This document shows positions 49,511 through 62,805 of a DNA stretch of 64,000 bases, one piece after another; the stretch's first letter is position 1; each line of letters starts with the position of its first letter. A model generated the notes under the pieces. The model saw nothing but the letters and a program-made list of their open reading frames with translations, did not search any database and was not told the DNA's origin. Position numbers and translations under genes: made by a program. The DNA is from Rhizodiscina lignyota. Taxonomy: Eukaryota. The DNA lies in the NCBI GenBank assembly GCA_010015805.1, contig ML978121.1, positions 2,294,001 to 2,358,000 on the forward strand, written 5' to 3'.

Positions 49511-51062
49511 GGTGAGTATGCTGATATACGATATGCCAGATTGTAAGTTCAAATGCTTCAATTGAGCTTGTTAAAGTGACATTAACATCGTACGAAGGAG
49601 CGAGGAGGAGCTGTTGCGGCGGAGCTGATCCTGCAGCTGCAGGGTGGAGAAGCTCCGTCTCATCACCCGAACGACGCTGATGTCACCACCACCTTCCTGT
49701 CTTGCCAAGGAACGCGGCCCCTTACATATCCATCAATTCACCTCCAAAATTCTATTCACTTTCGTAGTTGATGTATTCATATTAAGCATCATACGAGAGA
49801 GAATGGAGAAGCTATAAGACAACCTGATCATTCACTTCTGTGTGTGCTTTGGCAGGTTCACATGGACTCAATCGCTCCTTCATTTTGGACTCCTTAGACC
49901 TCTGTTGCGACTTGGGTTCTTTGAAGTGTCTTACTATCCCTGGGGCACATCAAAATGCCTGATTCTTTTCTTTCTTTTCTTTCTTGGGGTTGTCTGACTT
50001 CTTGTGGTCCCTTTTCTCGACCGGCCCAGATCTACTTCTACCTTGGTCTGGGAGAGAGAATGCATTGCGGCTTTGCAGGGTACGAGATAACAATTCGAAT
50101 TAGCCATAGACAAACAGGACTTTTCAGTAGCGACGACAGCGACGATAAGCCAGCCTCAGAGTCCAGCGAGAAGCAATACTACATCGCCTCCGTGCGGGAC
50201 ACCTCCTGCTAACGACACACGGTGAGTAGGGCGAGCTTAGAAGATAAAAGGTGCTCTACTGCCGCAGTGTTCAATTTAAAAGATAGGAAATTTCGTCCCA
50301 AACAAATACGTCTTTCAGGCGCAGCGTACGGACGATCGACGTTGCCCTCCTATTGCTAGATATCTAAGAAGCTTCGAGAGGTCGGTCAAAGAGGTCGGTG
50401 AACGCTCAACAGTCTAATTCTTTGCCCTCAGAGTACAACACTAGATGGAAGGCAAATCCAAAGTATGCTACACCGCAATCTGTGACTTTTCAATGCCACT
50501 GTACCTAGCTTCCCTTCGTGTTTAAGATCCCATCAGCCCATATGCAAACACGTCACCTGCGGCGCATGTGCATACTCAATATTTGCTAGTTCCACCATGC
50601 CCCTCGATTCGTACATCGCTATATTGGGACTGGGCGTCTCTAGCCAATGACGGTGTTGCACGCCACACCCGCTCTGTGGGGTAACTCTCATTCATGGATT
50701 GGCCTTCTGGAATCTCTCCCACCGAGCCCGTCAACTCGATGGACTGTGAGACCGGGGCTGTATAAGCATGCTTGGATGCTGGTCAGGCACCTGCATGGCT
50801 CGATTTAGGTAACTGTCTATGTCATCGGCCTCCACTTTGTGAAAAGACTTGACGTCTTCAGCCGGCCGCTTCCCGTCTCTTCTCGTTCCCAATTCAAACC
50901 TTCGTTTTTGATTGCGCTGTATCATTTTTAATCTCAGCTGAGGCTCTTATTCAAGTAACGTTACTTTCGCTGTCGATTTTCGCCTCCAGCTTTCTGTTGC
51001 TATTCTTGTAATACTTTGTAATTAAGTTAATTCTACCAGCCCATTCACATCCGTCAGCAAAG

Positions 51063-51935
51063 ATGAGGCTTTCAACGCTACTCACGACCACTTTCGCGCT
51101 CTCCAGGGGCGTGACTGCGTTCTGGAAGGGCCTCAACGTCGGCGCCAACAACCCAGACGGATCCTGCAAGACACAGGCGCAATGGGAAACTGCGTTCAAG
51201 GCTCTCGCTGGCCTTCCACCCAAGTTCACCGCAGCGAGACTCTTCGCGTCCTCAGACTGCAATACACTTCAGAACGCAGTGCCCGCTGCGATCGCCACTG
51301 GCATAAAGCTTTTGGTGGGCGTGTGGACGGAGGACGCTATCCACTACGGCGCCGAGAAAGCAGCACTGGAAGCCGCGATCAAGGCCCACGGTTGTGATTG
51401 GATGATGGCGGTCAGCGCGGGAAGCGAGGACTTGTACAGAGGGGATACGACTGCTGCAACTCTGGCGGGGCAGATACATGATGTACGGGGTATGGTTCAG
51501 GATTCACTGGGTTGCAAGAAAGTGAAAGTCGGACATGTGGATACATGGACGGCATGGGTCAACGGTGCCAACACCGACGTAATCAAAGCCTGCGACTTCG
51601 TCGGCAACGATGCGTACCCCTACTGGCAAGGCTCGACGATTAGCCAGTCCTCCGACGTCTTCTGGACTGCGATGAACCAGACCCGTGATGTTGTCAACAA
51701 GGTCAAGCCAGGAACTTTGGTCTTCATCACAGAAACGGGATGGCCTGTTACTGGGAGCAGCTTTGGCAGCTCCGTTCCAAGCAAGGCGAATGCACAGGCG
51801 TATTGGAAGAGTGTGGGTTGTGCCGCGCTTAAGCAAGCGCACACGTTTTGGTATGCGTATGAAGATTATTCCAGCAACCCAAGCTTTGGAGTGATCGGCC
51901 AGAACGGGAAGGCAATCTATTCTCTTACTTGCTGA
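51063..51935 (+). CDS. Secreted GH17 beta-1,3-glucanase/transglucosylase (EglC/Bgl2-like)
   Basis: Signal peptide, plus motifs GSEDLYR, VGHVDTW, DAYPYWQ and ITETGWP. Confidence 0.93.
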   Translation: MRLSTLLTTTFALSRGVTAFWKGLNVGANNPDGSCKTQAQWETAFKALAGLPPKFTAARLFASSDCNTLQNAVPAAIATGIKLLVGVWTEDAIHYGAEKAALEAAIKAHGCDWMMAVSAGSEDLYRGDTTAATLAGQIHDVRGMVQDSLGCKKVKVGHVDTWTAWVNGANTDVIKACDFVGNDAYPYWQGSTISQSSDVFWTAMNQTRDVVNKVKPGTLVFITETGWPVTGSSFGSSVPSKANAQAYWKSVGCAALKQAHTFWYAYEDYSSNPSFGVIGQNGKAIYSLTC

Positions 51936-53588
51936 GCATAAATTCCACGGACTAGAGTCTAGGGGCAGGATAGAGAGTAAATACCGCATCTTCAGAAGAG
52001 TCTCGATGACATGACATGACGAAAGTCCTGTAATAGTACTTGAACTTCGATAAAAAGACTCAAAGGTCTAAAATTGTTGTACCTCACTTATTTGAGTCCA
52101 TCTGTGCTCACGTCAGTGTGCTTGAGATCTCTTCTAACGCAACGCAAACCTGAATAGGATGTGCTTGCGCTATTTTCAAGACGACATAGTGCTCATGCGT
52201 AGCGCGTGCAACTGCGTTTTGATTCTCTCTGCCATGGAAGGAAATTGTTCTGCAATTGAACTTCGGAAATTCGGAACGAAGGTAAATCAGCCATCTTGGC
52301 CTGCTCCGACTATTGTATCACATGAGCTATTACCATAATGATGCCACATCGAAGAGTGCCCTGCCAAGTCGCTTCCAAGAATGATCGGCTGCTCTCCTGG
52401 GTCTCATGAGGCTCTTCTCGGTGAGAGAGCCACATCCGTGCTCCACTTGGAAAAGATAGGCGAATGACGAATAGTCGTCCCTTAGTCCCATATATGCCGC
52501 CGGAGCCGACTTCCGACAGGAAACACAGGAGGGATCTATCTTACCGTGGTTGCTCCGATGCGGGCTGTCAAGCGCCGCATATTGACTGTCTTGTAGAGTG
52601 ATCGGCTGGTGCGTATGCGGGATCGCTAAAAACAGTAGCACAAGGTGGAACAGGGATGGTAAGAAGAAACGGAAATCACGCAGGGCCACATGTTTATGCG
52701 CACGCACGAGAGTCCCTTTTCTTGGTCCATAGCGTTTCGTTTTGCGATGGGCCCTTGTCTTCGTAATTGGTGTCGGAAATGAGAGGTGCTGTTCGCTTGG
52801 ACAGCCTGACGCGCACTCTTGGTGCGATGATGAAGCCCGGCAGGGGTTTCAACGCGCTAGAATAGCGGCAGAAGCACGCTAGAAGCCATCTCATGACTCC
52901 ACCCGAGAAGGCTCCAGTCTTGTGATGGCCGGGATGACAGGGTGGTGACTGGACGCTCCCAGACAGCGCGGGATGCTCATTCCAGGTGGGAGGAAGCGAA
53001 AGACAGGTGAGAGGGTCCTCCCGTCGGTGGTGCTACGCGTGCATCCGGCCAGGCACATGTGGGACTTGGTGGGAATGCCGCTGGCAGAGAGGAGTCGGTG
53101 AACTTTTGCACGAGCTGGGGGACTGCTGGCAGAGCAGCCAACCAGCGGGCTCGCATGCGGGATCTGCCAGCGTTCCTAGTAACGACTTCACCGTTCGTTC
53201 AGTCGGCACCTCCGCTTGGGCCAGCTTGGCCCTAAGGCCCTACAGGCATGACTAGCTTGATCGGGTGATGGTTTCATGCAGGATAACAACGGGGACGCGG
53301 TGGGCAGCGTTTCTGAACATGACGACCCTTGTTGCGGCATGACTAGATGCGCTCACCGGAATCCAGATAAATTGGTGTGCGTATCTGCCTCTTTATTGAG
53401 GCTTTAAATCCTTCGCTACCTCCCTGACAACTCATCAACAATCTACGCTGTCTGTGACACTCTCCGGCAGAGCAGTGCAATTTAATAACCACTCAATTGA
53501 ACCCACCCCGCCTCACACACTCAAGTTCAACGCTCTCCACACATATTCAGCTCCTCAGCTCAGCTGAAAACGCATATCGAACCATCCA

Positions 53589-54176
53589 ATGCCCACTAGT
53601 GGCCCACCGCCGCCAATTCGCACCGTTACATCGTCGTCTACCGCTCCAAACTACCTTCCAACTCCAAAGTCCACCGTGATTTCACCAACAACTCCTCGCT
53701 CGGCTACCAGCACCAAGACGCCAAATACGCCAGCTGAGCGTAGCTTTTTCGGCGCTCTCGCTCAAAACATTCGAGAGCGCTCTCGAAGCCGATCCCGTGC
53801 TCGTCAAGAAGTTCATAAATCCCAGGCCTCGCCCTCTTCCTCTCCCACAAGCACTCCAATCTCTACGATCACACCAACAACACCAACAACAATGTCTCCG
53901 AGAACGGACAGATACTCTCGGCCTCACAGCATGAGGGTACCGAGTGAAGCTAGTACGGCTAGTAATTGGAGCAGCAGCTCCGCTTCCAAGAGGGCGAGCA
54001 CGCACAGCAGCGAAGTTAGCTTCGAGAAATTCTCCTATGGTCGACACAGCAACGACGTAAGTCTCATCCCCACCTCTATATTTTGACACATGCTGATTAT
54101 ATTATAGTGGCTGTTCAACGGCTTCTCTGTCAAAGATACCGCCAGCAAGATCTTCCATCGCAGCCGCGAGGAGTAG
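53589..54176 (+). CDS. Small Ser/Thr/Pro-rich hypothetical protein
   Basis: An intron at 54057-54107 (GTAAGT..GCTGAT..TAG) joins YGRHSND|WLFNGFSV. Stop TAG at 54174-54176. Confidence 0.75.
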
Positions 54177-54243
54177 GATCCAAGCTTCAGTATGACGAGG
54201 GGAAAGAGGAAGAAAGAGTAATGCGGAGGACCATTGCAGTCGA

Positions 54244-54283
54244 GTTTTCGGCATTTTATGTTTTCGGCGTTTTATGTTTTCGG
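54244..54283. repeat. 16-bp direct repeat GTTTTCGGC(A/G)TTTTAT x2.5 in 3' UTR region
   Basis: Directly visible. Confidence 0.7.
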
Positions 54284-54713
54284 TTCAGGGTCATTCATGA
54301 AGCTCACGAGTGATGAGATGATACCAACAGCAAATTCGAGGAGAGCTGCTCGGCGAGACTGGCACTTTGCGATGGCTCTCGAAAATCAAAATGTCTGGCA
54401 GGACTGGACCTGCATGGGACGATGTCAGCAGCGCTGGGGATCACCATGCTTGAAAGCGTTCTGCGATTTCCACGTCCCAATTGAGGAACGATATACCCTG
54501 TATCATATCACACTTCGTGTCGATATTTTTTATCCAGCAAGCATTTATCATTTTGCAACTACTGAAACACTTGAAATTCTTATGAGGATTGAGATGAATG
54601 TGAACTGTTGAGACCATGTCAAGGTCATCGAAATATTGCATTAATATGATTCTTTAGAGTCGTGGTTCTTAGTAGCCATATACAGTTCCTATTTTCTACG
54701 TTCTATCATTTCG

Positions 54714-55109
54714 TCATCCCTTTAATAAGACAATGCCCACCACAAGCAAAATGGGAATGAATCCAATGTGGTGCAGCACCTCCGCCTCCAGCCATCCATT
54801 CCCTCGATATCTCTGTGTAAAATACCCATCCGCAAGTACATTCACTATCCCTACCAGAGATAGCGTCCCGGCAGCTCTCCGTTGGCCCGTCCAGCACAAA
54901 CAGAACAATGATGCGCCTAGACAAATATTGCGGCTGCCATAGACCTGCACGTAGGTAATCTCGTTGATTGACGCGTCGTCCGAGAGTGGAATGCCGAACT
55001 GGCGAGTCAATTCGATTGGGTTGATGAAGGAGAAGGTGCCGATTGAGATAGAGAGGGCCGAGAAGATGTAGGCGGCTGTAAGGGCGAGGTTGGATGCGAT
55101 GGATGGCAT
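54714..55109 (-). CDS. Small 4-TM membrane protein (DUF4267-like)
   Basis: Hydrophobic helices with motifs FGIP, YGSRNICLG, LADG and HH. Confidence 0.7.
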   Translation of the reverse strand: MPSIASNLALTAAYIFSALSISIGTFSFINPIELTRQFGIPLSDDASINEITYVQVYGSRNICLGASLFCLCWTGQRRAAGTLSLVGIVNVLADGYFTQRYRGNGWLEAEVLHHIGFIPILLVVGIVLLKG

Positions 55110-56371
55110 CTTGTGCAAGATGGAGGGATCGGATACCAATCGAATATGGTGATAGATGCCTGCGAGAAGACTATATTGCAGTGGCTATACTAAATGTAAT
55201 CAGAGGGCCTTTGGGCTCTTATAGATCCCTCACACCACTGAATGACAATCAATATGAGAGTTCAGCGAGCACGAAGATCGTGCCGGAGGGCGAGTGGCCT
55301 GGTGATCCGGGGACTTAGATGCCGGGCAAGCCACAAATGCCTCCTTAGGCCAAGCAGCAAGATGGAGTCATTGTTACACTCATAGAGGCAATCAAAATGA
55401 ACGCTTGGTAAGAATTAGAGATGATATTCTAGTTGAACGGTGTGGTGGAAAGAGCGTGTTCCGCAGCGCGATATCATCGCATGAGCCTTCTTTTGGGCAT
55501 CGCCCGATTAATAAGCTCAGCCAAATCAACAACAGCACAACTACTTCGTGCAACGAGACCAAGATCAATAATAGAAGAGTAGGACTATCCATATCATGCA
55601 CCTTTCAACAACTACGATTAAGATATGAAGCTTCGGTTATAAGATCCTCGGCACATAATGTCGCCAGGTTTGTGGAAACTCTGCTTACGTTCGCACTGTC
55701 CGGCACTGACTCGTTTGGACACAGTGGGAGTTACATTTATCCCAACTCCACACTTGGACGACTTTCAACAGCATTCTAAGCTAGGTGCACTTCAACCCGA
55801 CCACACGTTCTGCCCACCGTCGATTGCAGTTCACCTTGGAAGAGCTGTATCCTCCGTCGGCCATTCTGAATTGAGGCTTGAAAGGAGAGTAGAAGCACTC
55901 GCTGGTCAACCTACCGAGAGACCGAATCTATGAATATTCAACTATGCCCGTCAAGGCTGTAGGCTTTCTGCGAAGCTTCCACTCCATATCACAATCATGC
56001 AACTTTCGGCTCGGTTCGGCGGCGCTTCCCCTTGTTGTTCTCCGCTCTTCGCAGATGCCTCCTTACAACTCCACCATCGTGCATGTAGAAAGCTGGATGG
56101 ATTAGCCAATTGCATCTATGCCTGCCATGCGAACAATGGCTAAGGTACCTTCCCCTCCTTCTGACAGAGTTTCCCCAGACCTCTGTGGGCGTTCCTGCAT
56201 CGAAAGGAGTGTAATCCCGCACATACTGCTTAGCATTATGCTCGAATCCCTTCTCTGCGGTGTCATTTCTCCCGAGATGTATGTTCCATATAACATTTGT
56301 GATACTGATGAGTTAAATTTAAATTGCTACCCATCGTGTTTTCGCTTTAGGAATCCACTCGCGTAGTCAAA

Positions 56372-58988
56372 ATGCATATTTTCCTCCTCGCTGTCACTGC
56401 TATATCTCTAATAGCCGGATCTCATTCTAGGTATGCTACATCATGAGCTGCGGATATTCTAGCTGACAAATTTCAGGACGATACGAAGCCTCGACTATGC
56501 TGGCGGAGAGTTCCCAAACGTTCTTCCAGTCAAGTTTGCTCAAGGAGATGCCCCAATGTTGGAAACCAACATCTACCGAGGCCAGAAGATCACCTTGAGT
56601 CCTGAGTCACCAGTAGTGACTCTCGACTACGGCACCGAAACAGGAGGGTTTGCCCACATTGATGTCGATTCCCTCAACGGACCAACTCAAATCGAATTCA
56701 AGTTCTCAGAGGCGTTTTATGGTCTCAATAACCCTTATAGTGATGGCCCTTGGACCTTTGCCAATGGCCTTTCGAGCACGTTCTCGACTGAGACATTCAA
56801 TATTACCAAGCCTGGAATAACAACTGCATATTTCATTCAAGGTGGTTTCCGCTGGCAAACAATTACTCTACTACCAGGGAGCCAAAGCCTTACCTTTCGA
56901 ACCGTTGGTGTCCAGTCAACCGTCCCGAAGGAATCTCCCGAACTCCTGCCCGCCCAGTTCTCCGCCTCAAATGAGTTGTACGGAGATATCTGGAAGCTAG
57001 GTGCGCGGTGTGTACAGGCGGCTTGCATCCCTGCGTACTCAGCGCCATCTACGTGGAAGGTCACCTCCGAAGGCGCTTACATTGTCGGTCAGCAGCCAGC
57101 AGTATCATCCAAATCAACAGACTTCAACGATCTTTACGAGCTCAGCTTCAGTACAAAGATTGTTCGGGGAGGGTCTGGCTGGAGTATTGGCACCACGGGC
57201 TCTGAATTTGCAAATGGCAACTATTTTGTGCTTACCAGCGACTACCCGCCTAGCACCTTTGAGAATACAAACAGGAGTCTCGTACCTCCTAATACCTTGG
57301 CCTTCTCATATGGATGGAACCTTGTCAATCAGACAACTCTAGACACTGGACCAGTAATCCACCGGAAAATCAGCGTAGACATTCACGAAGGCCAATGGCA
57401 TCGAATATCTACGAAAATGAACAATGGCTCGTTCTCAATCTCCATCGATGGCAAAGAGGCAGCAACGATCTCGCTTAGAGAGTATCATCAGCTGTACAAC
57501 CCTGCTCCGGCAAGCGTCAGCGGCGGTCCTTTCGGCTTTGGTCCGTTCCAAGATCAGATAGCATATGTTAAAGATGTCAAGGTGGTTGCATCAAACGGCA
57601 CTACACTCTACTCCAACCCGATGACATCTCCCGATATTCTCTTCGAATATAGTGTGCATGAGCTCACGGACAACGTTTGCCTCGATGGAGCGAAACGCGA
57701 CCGTCTAGTATGGATCGGGGATTTCGCACATACTGCTCGAACGCTCGGAACAACGACCAACAGACTCTACTTCATTCAGGGAACGGTCGAATTTGCGTTT
57801 GCACGACAAGCTCCAGACGGCTTTGTTCCCATTTCTGGCGCCATGGGATCGCGGCCGGCCCCCGGCCCAGTTGGTGGAGGCGCTGCCTTGACAGACTATC
57901 AGATATTTTTCTTAAACGCCGCTTATGCCTACTACCAGTATTCTGGGGATTTGGCATGGGCGAAGAAGTATTGGCCGCAGATGAAGAGGGTTGTCCAGGG
58001 ACTATATGGATTCATTGACCCATCTTCGGGCCTCATGGCTGGAGACGGATCCTACTTCATCGGGCCTGCGAATGGAACTGCTGTAACCTCCCTGTTTACT
58101 TGGTCACTACACCACATGAGCGAGATAGCGACAGTATTAGACGATAGCGCAGCGGCTTCGAATTTCACAGCTGTAGCTGATTCTCTGAGCAAAGCAGTAC
58201 AATCACAGCTGTGGTCCGACTCTCTTGGCACCTTCGCTCTAGCTCTTAACAACAAGACCGACTTCGGTGTCACTGGAATCGCCTTATCAATCCTATCTGG
58301 CATCGCCAATGAGGCCCAGGCAATCACCTCGATCCAGAAGGCCCTCCCAAAGCTCTACAACAAGATTGGTTATAATGACCAGTCCAATACTGATCCGTCA
58401 ACGCACATCTCGCCGAATACAAACGGCTTTCTCCTCGAGGCTATCATGCTCACTGCCTCCACATACTCCCACAACGATGGCATCCTCGCCGCTCAGCTCG
58501 CAGAACCCGCCGCACTACTGCTCGACGGCATGTGGCGTAACATGGTGGTTCAGGACCAGTACTACTCTGGTGCAACGTGGGAATACATGAATGCGAACGG
58601 CACCCCTGGACTGGATCGGTACACTTCTCTGAGCCATCCATGGGGGAGTGCACCCAGCTATGTTCTTCCTCAGTACGTGCTTGGATTGCAAGCTACGGAG
58701 CCGGGCTGGAAGAAGTGGACATTGCGGCCATTTGTATGGAGCTTTGGACTAGATTGGGTGAAAGGGAAGTCAGAGACACCCTACGGCAGCATCGTCGCGA
58801 GCTGGAGAGTTGACGGAACAAGGCTCGAGGTCATTGTGAGCTCACCAGAAGAGACAGAAGGCACAATTGCTCTTCCCGTTTCTGTGTCGTCCTATGTCCT
58901 GAACGGAAAGAGCATTACGGCCACGAAGACGAGTGTAGTCAACGTACATGGAGGAGAAAAGGTCGCGGTTGAGGTCGAAATGAGCTAA
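56372..58988 (+). CDS. Secreted GH78 alpha-L-rhamnosidase-like six-hairpin glycosidase
   Basis: Signal-peptide exon 56372-56430, intron, then exon 56477-58988 in frame. Motifs LDYG, DGAKRDRLVWIGD, WEY, SLSHPWGSAP and TPYG. Confidence 0.9.
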
Positions 58989-59077
58989 GTATCAATCTAA
59001 TACAACATTCTTGAACGTCATGTATCTTCACACTCATTCCAACCACCTTCCCTTCGCTATCCCACACGGTCTCTTCC

Positions 59078-60218
59078 TCACGGATATCCCTGTCGCATAT
59101 CTGTGTGCTCGTTCAATCCCCACGCATGACTGCTCCCATCATGCACCGTCGCCCTCCTCATATCCCTCTTATACTTGCCCTCATAGTCACCACCCGTCAC
59201 GCGATGCATCACGCACGTGTTATCCCATGCGATCATGTCGCCGTTGTTCAGCCACGGGATGGCCACAATGTACTTGGGCTGCTGCGCGTGCTGGTATAGC
59301 GTGTCCAGCAATTGCCTGCTCTTCTCCGGGTCGACGCCCTCGATGTGATGTGCGTGGCTTGCGATGTACAAGTTCATCCTACCAGATGGCTCGTGCTTCT
59401 GCACCAGCTTGTGTCGTGACATGAAGGCCTTCTCCGCGTCCAAGTGGCCGAGCAGCTCCGGGGAGGCGGTCTTGCGCGAGTGCATGAGGTTGTGGTTTAC
59501 CACGTAGTCCTTCTCCAGCAACTCGGCTTTCAGATCTTCCGGTATCTCATCAAATGCAGTGCGCGTGTCGGCGTACTCAGTTGCACCGCCGGTCCCTCGT
59601 GGTGGGAGTTCGTGGGCCTTGAGCAGCGAGACACCCGCCCGGCGTGGATTGAATGACGAGTCGACGTGGAAGAGGTAGTTACCCTACCGCAATGCTCAGC
59701 ATAATATTTTTCATATAGTTTCGAGAATGATGTACTTCGAATACGTATACAGGTCACGTGTGCGACGGAAAGTCAAGGTCCGCTGAAGATGCGTTTAACC
59801 CGCAGATGAAGGCACTTACCTTGTTGTACGCCGCTCTCAAGGAGTCCAGCGGTGCAACTTCGCCGTCTATCGTCAAGTTGCTCACGTCGAACAGCTCCTC
59901 GTAGGGGAGACGGTGTGGCTTGCCGAGTTTGGAGTATGGCTTCACGTCGTCGAGCTCCCCAAACCGGCGGGAGAATTCGACATGTTGTGTGTCGTCCATT
60001 CCAGTCTGGCGGAAACTGAGGACACCGTACTACGGAATGTTAATTGTTGATTCGAAAGGGACTGTTGAGAGGGTATAGGTGCCAACCTTGGCCAATGCAT
60101 CTTTAATCTTTGCAAAGTCCTCGTCTGTTACATTCTGAAAGTTGACGCCTTTGACTTCGGCACCAAAGGTAGGGTGGAGCGGGACGACTTCGATGTCAGA
60201 GGCGGTACTGTGAGGCAT
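59078..60218 (-). CDS. TauD/TfdA-family dioxygenase (2,4-D dioxygenase-like subfamily)
   Basis: Three exons. Motifs PLHPTFGAEV, FHVDSSFNPRRA (HxD), TEYADTR, WDNTCVMHR and RDMRRATV. Confidence 0.92.
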
Positions 60219-60864
60219 CTTGATTGGGATATATGCGACAGATCTATTTTTATACTCTGTCTGTATAGATAGGATATACGAGAAATTAAAGGTCTATTCA
60301 GTATTTTCTGGGAACTATCATCACTATAAATGCGCGGGGCCCAGCGGGGTCGATAAGCTGTTCATTGCCGTATCAACCGAGCAAGTCTAACACGCCTACA
60401 TGATGGATTGTGGACTTCATTCCGATAGTGGCATAGGTTCTGTCATATGTTTCTGTGGGCATTAGGGTTCGCAGGTGAAGTCTACGTTGGCCAGGGTAGC
60501 TCGACGTGCACAGAAGTTTATGACAGAACGTTCGAGAGCCTCACCCAGTCACATTCGGAGCAGAATGCCCAAAATCGGAGACGATTGACGGTTTTTTCAC
60601 TGTCGGAATGCCCCAGTTCAGAGATCAGAGATCGACGGACAAAGGAACTCAATTTGTAGTGTACATGAAGTTGAGTCTAAGATTGCTCGTGGGGGGTAAA
60701 GGCATAGGGGTCATTGCGATTCGCCAGGTCAAACCATCTCTCACCCTCCCAAACGCCAGTTGCAGACGCCGTCTCCCCATCCTAACCAATTTGAGCCATG
60801 TCAGCTCCAATAAATGCCTCAAGCGGCACAGTTTAACTCCCGACGTCCTCCGAGAATTGCGAGC

Positions 60865-62101
60865 TTACGCAACAGTCTCCTTCTCCTCGTACGCAGGGGT
60901 CTCCTCGTACACTGGAGGAGCGGAGTCGAAGCTCTCCCTTGGCTCACCATCGGTCTCAATGTCCTTGGGAACGACTTGGTCCTCATCCTCCGCGACCTTG
61001 GCATATCCACGGCGGCCACCGCGACGGAACTTAATCCAGATGAGAGCAATGGCACAGCCAATGACCATACCAATGGCGTAGGTAGCCACACCAGCGGCGA
61101 TACCGACAAGGATAGGAACGGCAACAGCAACAACAAACTTGCCAAGGCGGTGCAGGAAGCGGTGGAGCTTAGGGTGAGGGTAGTGCTTTCCGTGGTGCAT
61201 GCCATGAGGGCGACCGTGGTGGCCACCGTGCTCTCCCATTGGGCGGCGATGAGAGCCATCGTGATGACTGTTAGGTCCGTGGTGCATGTTGGTTGGAGGA
61301 CGGGTGGAATCCATCTCTTTCATGCCCTCGGTGCCCTTGGTGCAGCCCTTGCCAAAAGGCTTGCCAATCTTGGGCATGGACTCCACAATACCATGAAGCT
61401 TGTCCTCAAGGAACTGGCGCCACTCGCAGAGAGGGCCATCGCACTCCTCATTATCGGAGCCCTCGATGTGTTTCTTAAAGTCGTTGACCTTAGAAGCAAC
61501 AATCATCATTTCGCCATTAGTCCTCTTCAGAACCTGAAGATCAACAGTCGGAACGTTGACGCGCTGCATGTTGATCATATGGATGTTCAGTGTCATGTGG
61601 AGGATCTCGTCGCCATCTTCCGTCGTCTCGGAACGAGAGGCAGAGAAGCCCCAGCCAGTGACTGAAGCATCATTCTCAGAGTACGCGCTGAAATCGTTGC
61701 GGATATCGGCCAACGTAACTTCCGGGGGAACCTCGAGGACATATGGGCTCTCTCCGGCCTGGCTTCCGATGAATTGTGTCGGTGGGTAGAATACCTTGCC
61801 ACCGAGTTCGAGCGTGCCTGGCTGCGAGCCGACTGAAATGTTCATGAACTGTAGTACACGTCAGCATTTGATGGTGTAGCCTTGACAAGTCTTGGAGCCT
61901 TACCAAGTTGTTCTCCTCTGAAGAGGTCGTCTTGCAACCTTCACAGGGCACAAGAAGGGCTTGGCTGCTCGGGTCGAGGAGTGTCCATGTGGACAGGTCA
62001 GAGTCGGCCTTGATGTCGGTAATAGAGAGGTCTGGAGGGAGCAGGAAGGCATTCGCGGCGAGCGCGAGCGTGGCGGCTAGGCCGAGCGAACGGGCAGCCA
62101 T
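60865..62101 (-). CDS. Signal-peptide, His-rich, C-terminal transmembrane hypothetical protein
   Basis: Begins MAARSLGLAATLALAANAFLLP; intron at ~61851-61903. His/Gly-rich tract, then hydrophobic VAVPILVGIAAG...IALIW, then RRGGRR and PPVYEE. Confidence 0.8.
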
Positions 62102-62805
62102 GGTTGTGAGGTAGAAACAGAAAGAACAAAAGAACCAGATTCTCAGTTATCGAACCGGTGGTAGATGAAATGTAGATGCGGCACGGTTGAAAGACCGTTT
62201 GTACATGTGGGAGGAAGAAAGAGGAAGCCTGGAACACGGAGGTGGTGAGATGGGTGGGCAGGCAACGTCAGCGCGCCAAGCCGATTGGGGGGCAGCGCCA
62301 GCCCGGTGGCTGTGCCGGCAGAACTCCGGGCGCGGCGTCTTTCACGCAATCATCGCAGCATTCCTGCTCCTTGGCTCCAAATATATCCACTGCTCCGGGA
62401 CAGGCGGATGATGACAGGATCTGGAGTATCGATTATCGAAACACAAACAATGACATTTACTGCGGAGTGGACCCATGGCCCCCTTCCAGACTAGCATTGG
62501 GCGGGTTTCTACACTTCCTCAGCCCCAACGTCAAAAGAAGCACTCTGACACGTGAGGAGGACGAGCTCGCAAGACGGAACCTGGAATGTCATGAACACTG
62601 TGTCACTCATCCTACATCACGTAATAAGTGTAGAGAACTCAAGTTTTGATTTTCTTCCAGTCTATGCATCTCTCGCGCTCTAATTCAATCGTAGTAGCCC
62701 CACTCTTCTTAAACTCGCAATAAAATCCCAGAGCACAAAACCTTAACCCAGAATATATGAGGCAAACCCCAATGAGCAAGGAAAGAAAAGAAATTTCAGC
62801 CATAA

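Noticed and set aside
52000..53500. Short ORFs in the long intergenic region upstream of the 53589 gene
   Set aside because: No recognisable motifs or consistent splice structure; most likely promoter sequence.
46183..60218. Secondary-metabolite cluster (RTA1, AKR, DUF4267-like, GH78, dioxygenase)
   Set aside because: No PKS, NRPS or terpene backbone gene and no regulator in the window; the genes are widely spaced and functionally unrelated.
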